Assembly (NCBI GenBank): GCA_964638835.1
Contig: CAZWZB010000002.1
Span: 19,785 to 83,784, forward strand
From: an uncultured Eubacteriales bacterium
Lineage (GTDB): Bacteria; Bacillota; Clostridia; Lachnospirales; CAZQDT01
Direction: 5' to 3'
Length of the DNA: 64,000 nucleotides
A program made the position numbers and the translations under genes. Below are positions 8,224 to 18,089 of the stretch, piece by piece. Under the pieces are notes generated by a model. The model saw nothing but the letters and a program-made list of their open reading frames with translations, had not been told where the DNA came from and searched no databases. The first letter of the stretch is position 1. The number at the start of each line of letters is the position of its first letter.

Positions 8224-9405
8224 TTGGTTGGTAACAACAATAATAACAGTAATAAAAAGAGAAAAAATTATAAAGCACCATTAATAATTTTAACTACATT
8301 ATGGGGTGTAGTAGTTTTGATTTCAATAAGTTTTTTTATTGTTTCACTTAAGTCTAATAATCAATTAAATAGTTTTAAAGAAGTAGAAAGCACACAAAAT
8401 ATTACAATCCAGAGTACAGAACAGCAAACTACACAAGAAGTTATAGAAGAAACAACAGAAGAATTAATTGTAGAAGAAATTTTAAATTTTAAAGTTAAAA
8501 GTTTACTTACTGGTTTATACATAGATGAAGATATTGCAGATAAAAGACCATTTGCAGTGACTATAAATAACCTTCCTAAAGCATTACCTCAAAGTGGAAT
8601 ATCTCAAGCAGATATTTATTATGAAGTATTAGCAGAAGGTGGAATAACTAGATTAGTAGCTATATTTCAAAATGCGGATGCTACTAAACTTGGTCCTGTA
8701 AGAAGTGCTAGAGATTATTTTTTAGATTTTGCACTTGATAATGATGCTATTTATATACATCATGGTGGAAGTCCTCAAGCTTATGCTAATTTAAAAGATT
8801 TAAGAATTAATAATTTTGATGGTATGAAAGAAGAAAGATTTTTCTTTCGTGACTCAGAACGTTTAAAACAAAAAGGAATGTATGAACACAGTTCATACAT
8901 AGATGCTATAAAATTTTATAATACACTAGAACAATCAGGATATAGAAAAGAAAATAGTGGTTCATCAATGTTTAGATTTTCAGACGAACCTGTAATTTTA
9001 AAGTCTGAAACACAAGCAAATAAAATAACATTACCTTTTTCAAATGAACAAATCTCTGTTTATGAATATGATGAAGAAAATAATATATACAATAGATTTC
9101 AAAATTCACAAGTACATATAGACGAGTTAACAGGAGAACAACTTTCTGTAACAAATGTTATAGTTCAATTTACAGATATAAAAGTACTACCATCTGATGA
9201 TGCTGGAAGACGTGAAGTAAAGCTTATAGGAGAAGGAAAAGGATTATATATAACAGGTGGTAAGGTAGTAGAAATAAAGTGGAATAAGGAAAGTCATAGT
9301 TCAAAAACTGTTTGGACTGATTTAGATGGAAATATATTAAAACTTAATCCGGGCAAAACATGGATAAATGTTTTTTCTAAAGATACACAAATTATTATTG
9401 AATAG
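8224..9405 (+). CDS. DUF3048 (YerB-like) exported protein
   Basis: TTG start after an AGGGGG RBS, with an N-terminal TM anchor. 'PFAVTINNLPKALPQSGISQADIYYEVLAEGGITRLVAIFQ' is the hallmark N-terminal block of DUF3048. Confidence 0.7.
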   Translation: MVGNNNNNSNKKRKNYKAPLIILTTLWGVVVLISISFFIVSLKSNNQLNSFKEVESTQNITIQSTEQQTTQEVIEETTEELIVEEILNFKVKSLLTGLYIDEDIADKRPFAVTINNLPKALPQSGISQADIYYEVLAEGGITRLVAIFQNADATKLGPVRSARDYFLDFALDNDAIYIHHGGSPQAYANLKDLRINNFDGMKEERFFFRDSERLKQKGMYEHSSYIDAIKFYNTLEQSGYRKENSGSSMFRFSDEPVILKSETQANKITLPFSNEQISVYEYDEENNIYNRFQNSQVHIDELTGEQLSVTNVIVQFTDIKVLPSDDAGRREVKLIGEGKGLYITGGKVVEIKWNKESHSSKTVWTDLDGNILKLNPGKTWINVFSKDTQIIIE

Positions 9406-9416
9406 GAGTTGATAAC

Positions 9417-9800
9417 ATGGAACTTATTGAATTAGCTAAACAAGCAATGAAAAATTCATATTCTCCATACTCAAATTTTGCTGTTGGTGCTGTTGTTGTA
9501 ACAACAGATGGAAAAATATATAGTGGTTGTAATATAGAGAATGCTTCTTATGGTGTTACAAATTGTGCTGAAAGAACAGCATTATTTAAAGCTATATCTG
9601 AAGGAGAAAGAAATTTTGAAAAAATAGTAATTGTAAGTTCATCAAATGATTTTACATTTCCTTGTGGACTATGCTTACAAGTTATGGTAGAATTTATGCC
9701 AGAGGGTGAAGTAATCTTATACAATGAAAAAGAAATTAAAACTTATAAAGTAAAAGAACTATTACCAAATGCTTTTACAAATAAAAATTTTAGTGGGTGA
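9417..9800 (+). CDS. cdd: Cytidine deaminase
   Basis: 'CAERTALFKA' and 'PCGLCLQVMVEF' are the zinc-ligand motifs (C/H-A-E ... PCxxC). 127 aa. Confidence 0.9.
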   Translation: MELIELAKQAMKNSYSPYSNFAVGAVVVTTDGKIYSGCNIENASYGVTNCAERTALFKAISEGERNFEKIVIVSSSNDFTFPCGLCLQVMVEFMPEGEVILYNEKEIKTYKVKELLPNAFTNKNFSG

Positions 9801-9804
9801 TTTT

Positions 9805-10368
9805 ATGCGTCAGTGGGAAGAATTAGAATATGCCTGCTATACTTGTGATAAATGTGATTTATGTAAAACTAGAAATAATGTTGTAATTGGAGTTGGAAAT
9901 AAAAATGCCAATATAATGTTTATAGGAGAAGGTCCGGGAGAACAAGAAGATTTACAAGGAATACCTTTTGTTGGACCAGCAGGTCAATTACTAGATAAAA
10001 TGCTTCAATCAATAGATATAAAAAGAGAAGATGTATATATAGCAAATATAGTTAAGTGTAGACCTCCTTATAATAGAGACCCCAAACAAGAGGAAATGGA
10101 TGCTTGTATAAATTATTTAAGATATCAATTTTTATTAATTAAACCTAAAATTATAGTATGTCTTGGTAGAATAGCAGCACAAATGATAATATCACCTACT
10201 TTTAAAATAACAAAAGAACATGGTAATTGGTATGAAAAAAAAGGTTATCTTATGACAGCAATATATCACCCATCAGCACTTTTAAGAGATGAAAGTAAAA
10301 AAAGACCAACATACGAAGACTTAAAAGTTTTAAAACAAAAATATGAAGAAATGAGGAAAGAAATTTGA
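9805..10368 (+). CDS. Uracil-DNA glycosylase, family 4
   Basis: 'CDKCDLC' is the Fe-S Cys cluster, and 'GEGPGEQEDLQGIPFVGPAGQLLDKML' is the family-4 UDG motif. I moved the start to the ATG at 9805, because the track start at 9769 overlaps cdd. Confidence 0.85.
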   Translation: MRQWEELEYACYTCDKCDLCKTRNNVVIGVGNKNANIMFIGEGPGEQEDLQGIPFVGPAGQLLDKMLQSIDIKREDVYIANIVKCRPPYNRDPKQEEMDACINYLRYQFLLIKPKIIVCLGRIAAQMIISPTFKITKEHGNWYEKKGYLMTAIYHPSALLRDESKKRPTYEDLKVLKQKYEEMRKEI

Positions 10369-11264
10369 AATTTAAATCAGGATTTGTAACAATAATAGGT
10401 AGACCTAATGTAGGAAAATCAACATTAATGAACCAAATAATAGGTGAAAAAATAGCAATTATGTCAAATAAGCCACAGACAACTCGTAATCGTATACAAA
10501 GTATATTAACTAAAGAAGATTATCAAGTAATATTCATAGACACACCTGGTATACACAAAGCAAAAAACAAACTAGGTGAATATATGATAAAATCTGTGGA
10601 GACTACACTTAATCAAGTAGATATGATATTGATGTTGATTGAACCAGTCGAAAAAGTATTACAATCTGATATGTATGTTATAGAACAATTGAAAAATGTC
10701 AAGACACCAGTAACATTAGTAATTAATAAAATAGATACTGTAGATAAATCTAAGTTACTTAAAACAATAGATATCTATAAAGAGCTTTATAACTTTAGTA
10801 GTTATATCCCTATATCAGCATTAGAGGGTGAAAATGTAAATAACTTATTAGAAAATATAAAAGAAACTTTACCAGAAGGACCGCAATATTTTCCTAGTGA
10901 TATGATAACTGACCAACCAGAAAGACAAATTGTATCTGAACTTATACGTGAAAAAGCACTCCAATTACTAGAAAATGAAATACCACATGGTATTGCTATT
11001 GAAATAATGTCTATGAAACAAAGAAAGGATAGAGATTTAATTGATATAGAAGCAAATATTTATTGTGAAAGAGAAAGTCACAAAGGAATTATAATAGGAA
11101 AACAAGGAAGTAAATTAAAAATAATTGGAACAAAAGCAAGAATAGACATTCAAAATCTTTTAGGCTCACAAGTAAATATAAAGTTATGGGTTAAAGTAAA
11201 AAAAGATTGGCGTGATAGTGACTTTTTATTAAAAAATTTCGGTTACAATATAAAAGAAATATAA
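10365..11264 (+). CDS. era: GTPase Era
   Basis: G1 motif 'GRPNVGKST', G3 motif 'DTPG', 'NKID', and a C-terminal KH domain. TTG start. Confidence 0.95.
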   Translation: MKFKSGFVTIIGRPNVGKSTLMNQIIGEKIAIMSNKPQTTRNRIQSILTKEDYQVIFIDTPGIHKAKNKLGEYMIKSVETTLNQVDMILMLIEPVEKVLQSDMYVIEQLKNVKTPVTLVINKIDTVDKSKLLKTIDIYKELYNFSSYIPISALEGENVNNLLENIKETLPEGPQYFPSDMITDQPERQIVSELIREKALQLLENEIPHGIAIEIMSMKQRKDRDLIDIEANIYCERESHKGIIIGKQGSKLKIIGTKARIDIQNLLGSQVNIKLWVKVKKDWRDSDFLLKNFGYNIKEI

Positions 11265-11389
11265 AGTTTATTTAATAGATTTTAAAAAATTTGTTGACTA
11301 TACTCTGTGTTGGTAAGTTTTATATAACATATAAAATTTAGATTAGGAAAACATAATGAAATAAACAAAATATTTTAGGGGGTTTTGTT

Positions 11390-11518
11390 ATGTTAGAAAA
11401 ATTAGCATGGAATACATTTGAAAGTACAGGAAGTATAGAAGCATATATAATTTATAAAGAATTAGAAGAAGTATTAACTATAGATATAGAAAAAGATGAA
11501 TTTTTATCAGAAAGTTGA
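11390..11518 (+). CDS. YqzL-family small protein (42 aa)
   Basis: Not in the ORF track because it is under 60 aa. ATG at 11390 follows a TAGGGGG RBS. 'MLEKLAWNTFESTGSIEAYIIYKELEE...'. It occupies the conserved era-yqzL-recO position seen in Firmicutes. Confidence 0.6.
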   Translation: MLEKLAWNTFESTGSIEAYIIYKELEEVLTIDIEKDEFLSES

Positions 11519-11523
11519 ATTGT

Positions 11524-12273
11524 ATGAGTATAATAAAATTAAGAGGATTAGTATTAAGAGAAGCAAATTCAAAAGATATAGATAAAATTATAACTGTTCT
11601 AACTAAAGAAAAAGGTAAAAAAACAATGAGTGCAAAAGGAGCAAGAAGACCTAAAAGTTCACTTATAGCAGGAACTCAGCAATTTGCATATTGTGATTTT
11701 TATATATATGATGGAAATATAGCTAATATAAATCAAATAGAATTAATTGAGAGTTTTCATAATATAAGAAATGATATAATTAAACTTTCATATGCAACTT
11801 ATTTTATGGAATTAATTGAAAATACAGTTTTAGAAGGAGAATCATCGGAAGAATTATTAAAGTTCACACTAAAAGCATTACAAATTTTAAATAAAACAGA
11901 ATACGACCAAAAACTTCTATCTAAAATATATGAACTAAAATTAATGCAATTAATTGGATATATGCCAGAAACAACTATGTGTGTTAATTGTGGTAACTCA
12001 ATTGAAGATAATATATATTTTAGTGCAGAAGTCTGTGGCATATTATGTAGTAAGTGTAAAGAACTTAATAATAATATTATAAAAATTTCTCATGGTTCTT
12101 TAAGTGCTATACAATATATATTGTCTGCTGACTTATCTAATATTTTTAATTTTTCTGTATCAGAACAAGTATTAAATGAATTATCTAAAATAACAAAAGC
12201 TTATATTTCCATACATATAGAACATAAATTTAAATCACTAGATTTTTTAAAAAAATTAACGAATTTAAATTAG
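11524..12273 (+). CDS. recO: DNA repair protein RecO
   Basis: N-terminal OB-fold 'IIKLRGLVLRE' and the zinc motif 'CVNCG...CSKC'. I moved the start to the ATG at 11524. Synteny with era supports the call. Confidence 0.85.
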   Translation: MSIIKLRGLVLREANSKDIDKIITVLTKEKGKKTMSAKGARRPKSSLIAGTQQFAYCDFYIYDGNIANINQIELIESFHNIRNDIIKLSYATYFMELIENTVLEGESSEELLKFTLKALQILNKTEYDQKLLSKIYELKLMQLIGYMPETTMCVNCGNSIEDNIYFSAEVCGILCSKCKELNNNIIKISHGSLSAIQYILSADLSNIFNFSVSEQVLNELSKITKAYISIHIEHKFKSLDFLKKLTNLN

Positions 12274-12307
12274 TAAGATAAATAAAAATAATGCTAATTA
12301 AATGAGA

Positions 12308-12352
12308 ATGAAAGTAGGGGCGACCGTAGGTCGCCCCTACTTTCATTTGTTT
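12308..12352 (+). terminator. recO terminator, a GC-rich 18-bp palindrome
   Basis: ATGAAAGTAGGGGCGACC-gta-GGTCGCCCCTACTTTCAT followed by TTGTTTT. Confidence 0.8.
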
Positions 12353-12421
12353 TGATACACAACCAAATTAAGAATAATGATATTTGTTTACATTATTATT
12401 GTTCAATAGAATAATTTATAA

Positions 12422-12451
12422 TTGCTATATATGTAATTTATATGTTATAAT
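12422..12451 (+). promoter_or_regulatory. Sigma-A-type promoter
   Basis: TTGCTA (12422-12427), 18-nt spacer, extended -10 TGTTATAAT (TATAAT at 12446-12451). Confidence 0.45.
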
Positions 12452-12483
12452 GTTGTAATAAAAAATAGAAGGGAGATAAACTT

Positions 12484-13560
12484 TTGAACAAAAAGAAATT
12501 AGAAAAACCCAAAAATTTTTTAATTATATTTTTAATCCCAACTACAATATTATTTGCAATTATATTTTATTTAAGTTCTGTAAAAGAAGTGTATACCGAA
12601 GGAATAACAATAGATATAAGTAAACAAAAGGAATGGGTAAAATCACAAGATGAACAAAAAATATATGGCTTATATGAAGTAAATACAGATAAACTATTAA
12701 AATCATTTAAAGAATTAAATGAAGCTATAGATTTTGGTGATTTATATAAAAATAGTGAAATTTACATAAAGGAAAAAGATAAAACAGAATGGTTATGGGA
12801 CAACATTCCTAAATACCATGTTTATGATGGTGATAAACTTAAAAAGAAATTTAAAACATATAGTGATTCTGTAAAATTAGCCAAAGAATATTCAAATGGA
12901 AAAGTATATGATTCCAAGCAAAGTATAACCGTTTGGAGTAATATAGAAATTGAAAAAACTATATTGCTAAGTGTACCTTTTATACACCAATTACCCGAAT
13001 TACTTAGAGGTTGTGAAGTAACAAGTCTTACTATGTTATTACAATATATAAATATAAATGTAGATAAAATGACATTAGCAGAGCAAATAGAAAAAGATAT
13101 GACACCTTATAGGATTGTTGATGGTGTTATATATTTTGGTGACCCAAGTTTTGGGTTTTTGGGAAGTATGACTGATAAAAATAAAACAGGTTATGGAGCA
13201 AATCATGCCCCAATATATAGATTATTACAAAAATATATTAAAGATAGAGCTATTGATATAACAGGCTCAGAATTTGAAGATATATATTATTTTCTTAATG
13301 AAAATGCTCCTGTATGGGTTATAACTAATACTGATTTAAAAAAGTTGAATTCATCTGAATTTTATACATGGCAAACCCCTTCTTCCAAAACTATAACTGC
13401 TACTAATAAAGAACATTCTGTATTGATAGTAGGTTATGATGAACAATATATATATATAAATGACCCTTTATATAGTAATGCTAATCGAAAAGTTAATAAA
13501 AAAGATTTTATAGAAGCTTGGGAGCAGATGGGGCATCAAGCAGTTACTTATATACCATAA
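12484..13560 (+). CDS. Membrane-anchored peptidase C39-like (YvpB-like) protein
   Basis: TTG start after a GGGAG RBS, with an N-terminal TM. The C-terminal half has 'RGCEVTSLTMLLQY' (a candidate catalytic Cys) and '...HSVLIVGYD' (His), as in the C39_2/YvpB family. Confidence 0.55.
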   Translation: MNKKKLEKPKNFLIIFLIPTTILFAIIFYLSSVKEVYTEGITIDISKQKEWVKSQDEQKIYGLYEVNTDKLLKSFKELNEAIDFGDLYKNSEIYIKEKDKTEWLWDNIPKYHVYDGDKLKKKFKTYSDSVKLAKEYSNGKVYDSKQSITVWSNIEIEKTILLSVPFIHQLPELLRGCEVTSLTMLLQYININVDKMTLAEQIEKDMTPYRIVDGVIYFGDPSFGFLGSMTDKNKTGYGANHAPIYRLLQKYIKDRAIDITGSEFEDIYYFLNENAPVWVITNTDLKKLNSSEFYTWQTPSSKTITATNKEHSVLIVGYDEQYIYINDPLYSNANRKVNKKDFIEAWEQMGHQAVTYIP

Positions 13561-13718
13561 TTAAATGCTGTTTTAAGTATGAAAAAGACAAGTTTATCAA
13601 CAGAATGTATGTTTTGTAATCTAATTTTTGAATTAGGGAAATATAGAAGTGAAGATTGAAAAATTTTGTTATCATATACACTGATAAATTAAATTTTAAT
13701 TAACTTAGGAGGAATATT

Positions 13719-14492
13719 ATGAATTTATTTAACGCTAGTTCATTATTTAATGAAAATACAATAAAAGAAATATTAAATATTATAAATAATCCAGAAGAAT
13801 TAAGAAATAGATTAACTGAAGGAAAGAAAATGATTTTAAAAGCTTATAATTTTAAAGCTTATAATTTACCAGAAGATTTTACTACTACTTCTTATATAAT
13901 AGCAACTAATCATTTAACTGATTCAGATGCACCACTAATAGCAAGTTATTATTATGAGATTATGCATCAAGTTATAGATACTTATCCTGAGCTATTTGTT
14001 TTCGCTAAAGAAAATTGCTTTAATGGTGTTTCTATACCTAAAGAATTAATACCAATATTAGAATTAGAAAAAGTTTTTGCAGTTGACCGTAAAAGTTTTG
14101 CTGGGTCAATGACAGCAATAAAAGCTGCTCAAAAGTGGTTTGCTGAAGGTAAAAAACCTAAGCATTTTCTAATATTTTCTCAAGGAACAATTTTTGATAT
14201 AAATAAAGATAAAATAGAAGATATTGAACGAGGAACATTCTGGTTAGCTAAATTACTTGGTATTCCTGTTTTACCCGGTTTTATTGAACAAGCTGTTGAA
14301 GGAAGTGAGAATCGTTTAATATTTGGAAAACCAATTTTTATACCAAAAGATTGTCGCGATTTTGATAATCACAAACAATTATGGTTAGAAAGAGTAATTG
14401 AAGCACAAAACGAACTAGTGACACTTACAGGAATTCCTGCAAGAGAAACTATACTTGATGAAGAACATCAAATAAGAAAAAAATTTAAGTAA
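13719..14492 (+). CDS. Lysophospholipid acyltransferase (PlsC-like) family protein
   Basis: 'NHLTDSD' fits the H(x)4D acyltransferase block, and 'FSQGT' fits the FPEGT-like block. Confidence 0.5.
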   Translation: MNLFNASSLFNENTIKEILNIINNPEELRNRLTEGKKMILKAYNFKAYNLPEDFTTTSYIIATNHLTDSDAPLIASYYYEIMHQVIDTYPELFVFAKENCFNGVSIPKELIPILELEKVFAVDRKSFAGSMTAIKAAQKWFAEGKKPKHFLIFSQGTIFDINKDKIEDIERGTFWLAKLLGIPVLPGFIEQAVEGSENRLIFGKPIFIPKDCRDFDNHKQLWLERVIEAQNELVTLTGIPARETILDEEHQIRKKFK

Positions 14493-14496
14493 AATT

Positions 14497-14524
14497 AAAA
14501 CCACCAGTTACGCTGGTGGTTTTA
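14497..14524. terminator. Bidirectional terminator between convergent genes
   Basis: AAAACCACCAG-ttacg-CTGGTGGTTTT. Confidence 0.7.
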
Positions 14525-14551
14525 ATTTTATTATAAGTATCAGTAATAATC

Positions 14552-14812
14552 TTATTTTGATAATTTATCAATAATTTGCATAATTTCTTCAATTTTCTTT
14601 CTTTCTTTATCATCTAATACTTCACTAACACAATGCTCTAAATGAGCATTAAGTATATCTTTATTTATATTTTTTAAAATAGCTATAGTAGCCATAAGTT
14701 GATTAGAAATATCTATACAATAACGGTTTTCATCAACCATTTTAATAATTCCATCAACCTGCCCTCTAGCAGTTTTTAAAAGTCGAGTAGTTTTGTCTTT
14801 GTCTGCTTTCAT
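14552..14812 (-). CDS. csoR: CsoR-family metal-sensing repressor
   Basis: '[24 protein letters not shown]...AHLEHCV' carries the C-H-C ligand pattern of CsoR/RcnR. ATGA overlap with the copA stop. Confidence 0.85.
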   Translation of the reverse strand: MKADKDKTTRLLKTARGQVDGIIKMVDENRYCIDISNQLMATIAILKNINKDILNAHLEHCVSEVLDDKERKKIEEIMQIIDKLSK

Positions 14813-17115
14813 ACATTATCTCCCATATGTTTAACTATATTAGTTGGTTTGAAAAATTTTAACCTTAATGCATTTAATACAACGCATATTGAACTTAAAC
14901 TCATTGCCGCTGCACCATACATTGGGCTAAGTTTCCAACCAAGTAATGTAAAAAATACACCTGATGCAAGAGGAATACCTATACTATTATAAAAAAATGC
15001 CCAAAATAAATTTTGCTTTATATTTCTCATAGTTACATGGCTTAATTGAATAAAGTCAACAGCATCTATAAGAGTACTTTTCATAAGCACAACATCTGCT
15101 GATTCAATTGCAATATCTGTTCCAGCACCAATAGCAATCCCTACATCAGCTCTTACTAAAGCTGGAGCATCATTGATGCCATCTCCAATCATTGCAACAC
15201 GTTTTCCGTTTTGTTGAAGCTTTTGAATCTCGCTTTCTTTATCTTGTGGTAAAACTTCTGCTACAACTCTATCTATAGGTAATTCTTTTTTGATTGCTTC
15301 TGCTGTTTTTAAATTATCACCTGTAAGCATAATAACTTCGCATCCAATTTTTTTAAATAATTTAATTGCTTCATAACTAGATGGTTTTATAACATCAGCT
15401 ACTGCAATAACACCAAGTAAATTTTCTCTATCTGCAAAATATAATGGTGTTTTTCCATTTTCAGCAAATTCATTTGCTATAGCTTGTAATTTAGATACAT
15501 CAATATTTTTTTCAATCATCATTGCTAAATTACCTGCTATATATTGTTTTTCATCAATTATAGCTTCAATACCTCTACCAGAGATAGCTTTAAATTTATT
15601 GATATCTTTTAATAATATTTGTTCATTTTTAGCTTTTTGTACAATAGCTTCAGATAAAGGATGTTCTGATGGTTTTTCAATAGATGCAGCAACTTCTAAA
15701 AGTTGTATTTCAGATATACCTTCTACTGGTATTATATTTGTAACTACTGGTTTACCTTCAGTAATTGTACCTGTTTTGTCAAGCACAATCGTATTTACAC
15801 TATGTGCTATTTCAAGAGCTTCTGCTGATTTTATAAGAATTCCATTTGTTGCACCTTTACCAGTTCCCACCATAATAGCTACAGGAGTTGCAAGTCCTAA
15901 TGCACAAGGGCAAGAAATAACAAGAACTGCTATACCAATTGAAAGTGCAAATTCAAATGATTGACCTACTAATAACCAAGTGATAGTTGATATTATAGCA
16001 ATAACAATTACAATAGGTACAAAAACACCACTAATTTTATCTGCAAGTTTAGAAATAGGTGCTTTTGAAGCATTAGCATTTTCAATTAATTGTATAATTT
16101 GTGCTAGTGTTGTATCATTTCCAACGCATTGAGCTTTAAATTCAAAAAACCCTGTTTTATTTACTGTAGCAGCAATAACTTTATCTCCAACTTGCTTTTC
16201 AACAGGTATACTCTCACCTGTAAGCATTGATTGGTCAATAGAAGAACTTCCTTTTGTAATAACTCCATCTACTGGTATACGTTGTCCCGGTCTAACTATT
16301 ACTATATCACCAATATTAACTTCTTCAATAGGAATTTCTATTTCTTGCCCATCTCTTAAAATAGTTGCAACTTTTGGAGCTAAATCCATTAACTTTGTGA
16401 TGGCTTCTGAAGTTTTTCCTTTAGCTCGTATTTCTAAAAATTTTCCTAAGGTAATAAGTGTTAAAATGGTAGCTGCTGATTCAAAATATAAATCCATTAC
16501 ATATTTCATGACAATGTCCATATTATTTGTTCCTAAACCATAGCCAATTTTATAAATAGCAAAAATTCCATAAATTAATGCAGCAGATGAACCAATCGCT
16601 ATTAATGAGTCCATATTAGGAGATTTTTGAAAGAATGCTTTAAATCCAACTTTAAAATATTTTCTATTTACATATACAATTGGTAATGTTAAAAGAAATT
16701 GAGTGAATGAAAAAGTTATTGTATTATGCATTCCATGAAGCCAACTTGGTAACGGAAATTCCCACATATGTCCCATTGATATATAAAGTAGAGGAATTAA
16801 AAAAATAAAAGAGATAATTAGTCTTTTCTTCATTTCTTTTATTTCTTGTATCATAGGATTTTCAGTATTCGTAGTTTTAGTTTTTATAGATGGATTAGAA
16901 GCATTTTCATGTAATGAAGCACCATATCCTAGATTAGTTACAAATTTAATAATTGTTTCTATATCAATTATTTTAGGTTCATACTCAATCATCATACTAT
17001 TTGTTAATAAATTTACTGTTACATTTAAAACCCCTTCTTTTTTTCCTATCACTTTTTCAATCCTTGCAGAACAAGCAGAACAAGTCATGCCAGTTATATT
17101 AAATTTTTGTTTCAT
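14809..17115 (-). CDS. copA: Copper-translocating P1B-type ATPase
   Basis: N-terminal HMA motif '[12 protein letters not shown]', TM6 'CPC' motif, 'DKTGTIT', 'HP' motif and 'GDGINDAP'. Confidence 0.95.
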   Translation of the reverse strand: MKQKFNITGMTCSACSARIEKVIGKKEGVLNVTVNLLTNSMMIEYEPKIIDIETIIKFVTNLGYGASLHENASNPSIKTKTTNTENPMIQEIKEMKKRLIISFIFLIPLLYISMGHMWEFPLPSWLHGMHNTITFSFTQFLLTLPIVYVNRKYFKVGFKAFFQKSPNMDSLIAIGSSAALIYGIFAIYKIGYGLGTNNMDIVMKYVMDLYFESAATILTLITLGKFLEIRAKGKTSEAITKLMDLAPKVATILRDGQEIEIPIEEVNIGDIVIVRPGQRIPVDGVITKGSSSIDQSMLTGESIPVEKQVGDKVIAATVNKTGFFEFKAQCVGNDTTLAQIIQLIENANASKAPISKLADKISGVFVPIVIVIAIISTITWLLVGQSFEFALSIGIAVLVISCPCALGLATPVAIMVGTGKGATNGILIKSAEALEIAHSVNTIVLDKTGTITEGKPVVTNIIPVEGISEIQLLEVAASIEKPSEHPLSEAIVQKAKNEQILLKDINKFKAISGRGIEAIIDEKQYIAGNLAMMIEKNIDVSKLQAIANEFAENGKTPLYFADRENLLGVIAVADVIKPSSYEAIKLFKKIGCEVIMLTGDNLKTAEAIKKELPIDRVVAEVLPQDKESEIQKLQQNGKRVAMIGDGINDAPALVRADVGIAIGAGTDIAIESADVVLMKSTLIDAVDFIQLSHVTMRNIKQNLFWAFFYNSIGIPLASGVFFTLLGWKLSPMYGAAAMSLSSICVVLNALRLKFFKPTNIVKHMGDNV

Positions 17116-17135
17116 AATATCACCTCTTAATATTA

Positions 17136-17162
17136 ATACCTACACCCCTGAGGGAGTGTTAT
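17136..17162 (-). promoter_or_regulatory. Candidate CsoR operator upstream of copA
   Basis: ATACCTACACCCCTGAGGGAGTGTTAT is a GC-cored pseudo-palindrome (CCC-ctga-GGG) 20-45 nt upstream of the copA start. It resembles C/G-tract CsoR operators. Confidence 0.4.
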
Positions 17163-17290
17163 TAGTATATAAAAAAAATTACTTTCTGTCAAGTGATTAA
17201 TAATTAAATTTTAAGAGTGGTTATTTAAAGATATATAAAAAAATATTTGAGGGTGTTTACTATAGAATGATTCAAAAATAATTGTAGAGA

Positions 17291-17352
17291 AATGTAGGGG
17301 CGACCTGCGGTCGCCCTGTTTTTTTTAGGACGTTTTCGCACACCCCTACATT
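17291..17352 (+). repeat. Second copy of the GC-rich palindrome, with its right arm displaced
   Basis: AATGTAGGGGCGACC-tgc-GGTCGCCC, then TGTTTTTTTTAGGACGTTTTCGCACA, then CCCCTACATT. It shares the core TAGGGGCGACC...GGTCGCCC with 12308-12346. Confidence 0.75.
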
Positions 17353-17420
17353 CAATAATAATTTAAATTTACTTTTTATATTAAATTATAAAAATATTAT
17401 TCTTTACTTAACACTCTCAA

Positions 17421-17697
17421 ATATTTTTAAATATTCTTAAAACTTCGTCAAATAATTTTATTTTATTTATATTCTTTGGTTAACCCTGTAATTTTCAAGC
17501 TTTAAAATCACCTATTCCTTTTACACTATTTTTTAATATACATTTTAATTCCTTATTTAAGAACTGCGAATTACTTGTAAAATCAATAAAAATAAAATAA
17601 TATTTGAGTTCAAAATCTCTTTACACTTGCGTTGCAAGTGTAAAGAGATTTTGAACGTAATTTTATAAAAACCTATCTACATGTAATCACTCTCAAA
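17421..17697. repeat. Dispersed ~280-nt intergenic repeat, copy B
   Basis: See copy A. The hairpin at 17611-17653 plus the following 25 nt (68 nt in all) are identical to copy C. Confidence 0.85.
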
Positions 17698-17788
17698 ATT
17701 TTTGAAATATCTATATTTTTGTGTTATAATTATATTAAGTCAAATCATCTTAATAAAAATGTAATTGTAAAATAGGAGTGATTATAAA

Positions 17789-17989
17789 ATGAAAAAAATA
17801 CAATATATAAAAATGTGGGCAATTAGTTTAATTATAATATCTTTGATATCAATTATTATTGCATTATGCAACATGATGGGAATAACTATTACTGATGTAA
17901 TTATTAGAATTTTAGGCTGCATTGAGATTATTTCCCTACCATTTTTCGTATTTAGTTCTGTAAAAGTATTATCTATAAAAAAGAAATAA
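17789..17989 (+). CDS. Small two-TM membrane protein (hypothetical)
   Basis: 66 aa, AGGAGTG RBS, two hydrophobic helices, followed by a terminator at 18001-18028. Confidence 0.4.
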   Translation: MKKIQYIKMWAISLIIISLISIIIALCNMMGITITDVIIRILGCIEIISLPFFVFSSVKVLSIKKK

Positions 17990-18000
17990 TCTCATAAACA

Positions 18001-18028
18001 AAAGGACGGTTGAATGCCGTCCTTTTTA
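18001..18028 (+). terminator. Intrinsic terminator
   Basis: AAAGGACGG-ttgaatg-CCGTCCTTTTT. Confidence 0.7.
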
Positions 18029-18089
18029 ATTTTATCTTAATGGCTGTTTAAATAAATATTAAAAACTGCACTTAAAAATTAAATATTCG

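Noticed and set aside
9769-9804. N-terminal extensions offered by the ORF track: UDG at 9769, recO at 11515, ATPase at 18292, Rpn at 25526, HAD at 31693, lipoprotein at 47632, 53760-gene at 54239, GT4 at 58817, mazF at 53262.
   Set aside because: In each case a downstream ATG or GTG has a proper Shine-Dalgarno sequence and matches the family N-terminus. The longer form either overlaps the upstream gene, a hairpin or the RBS itself.
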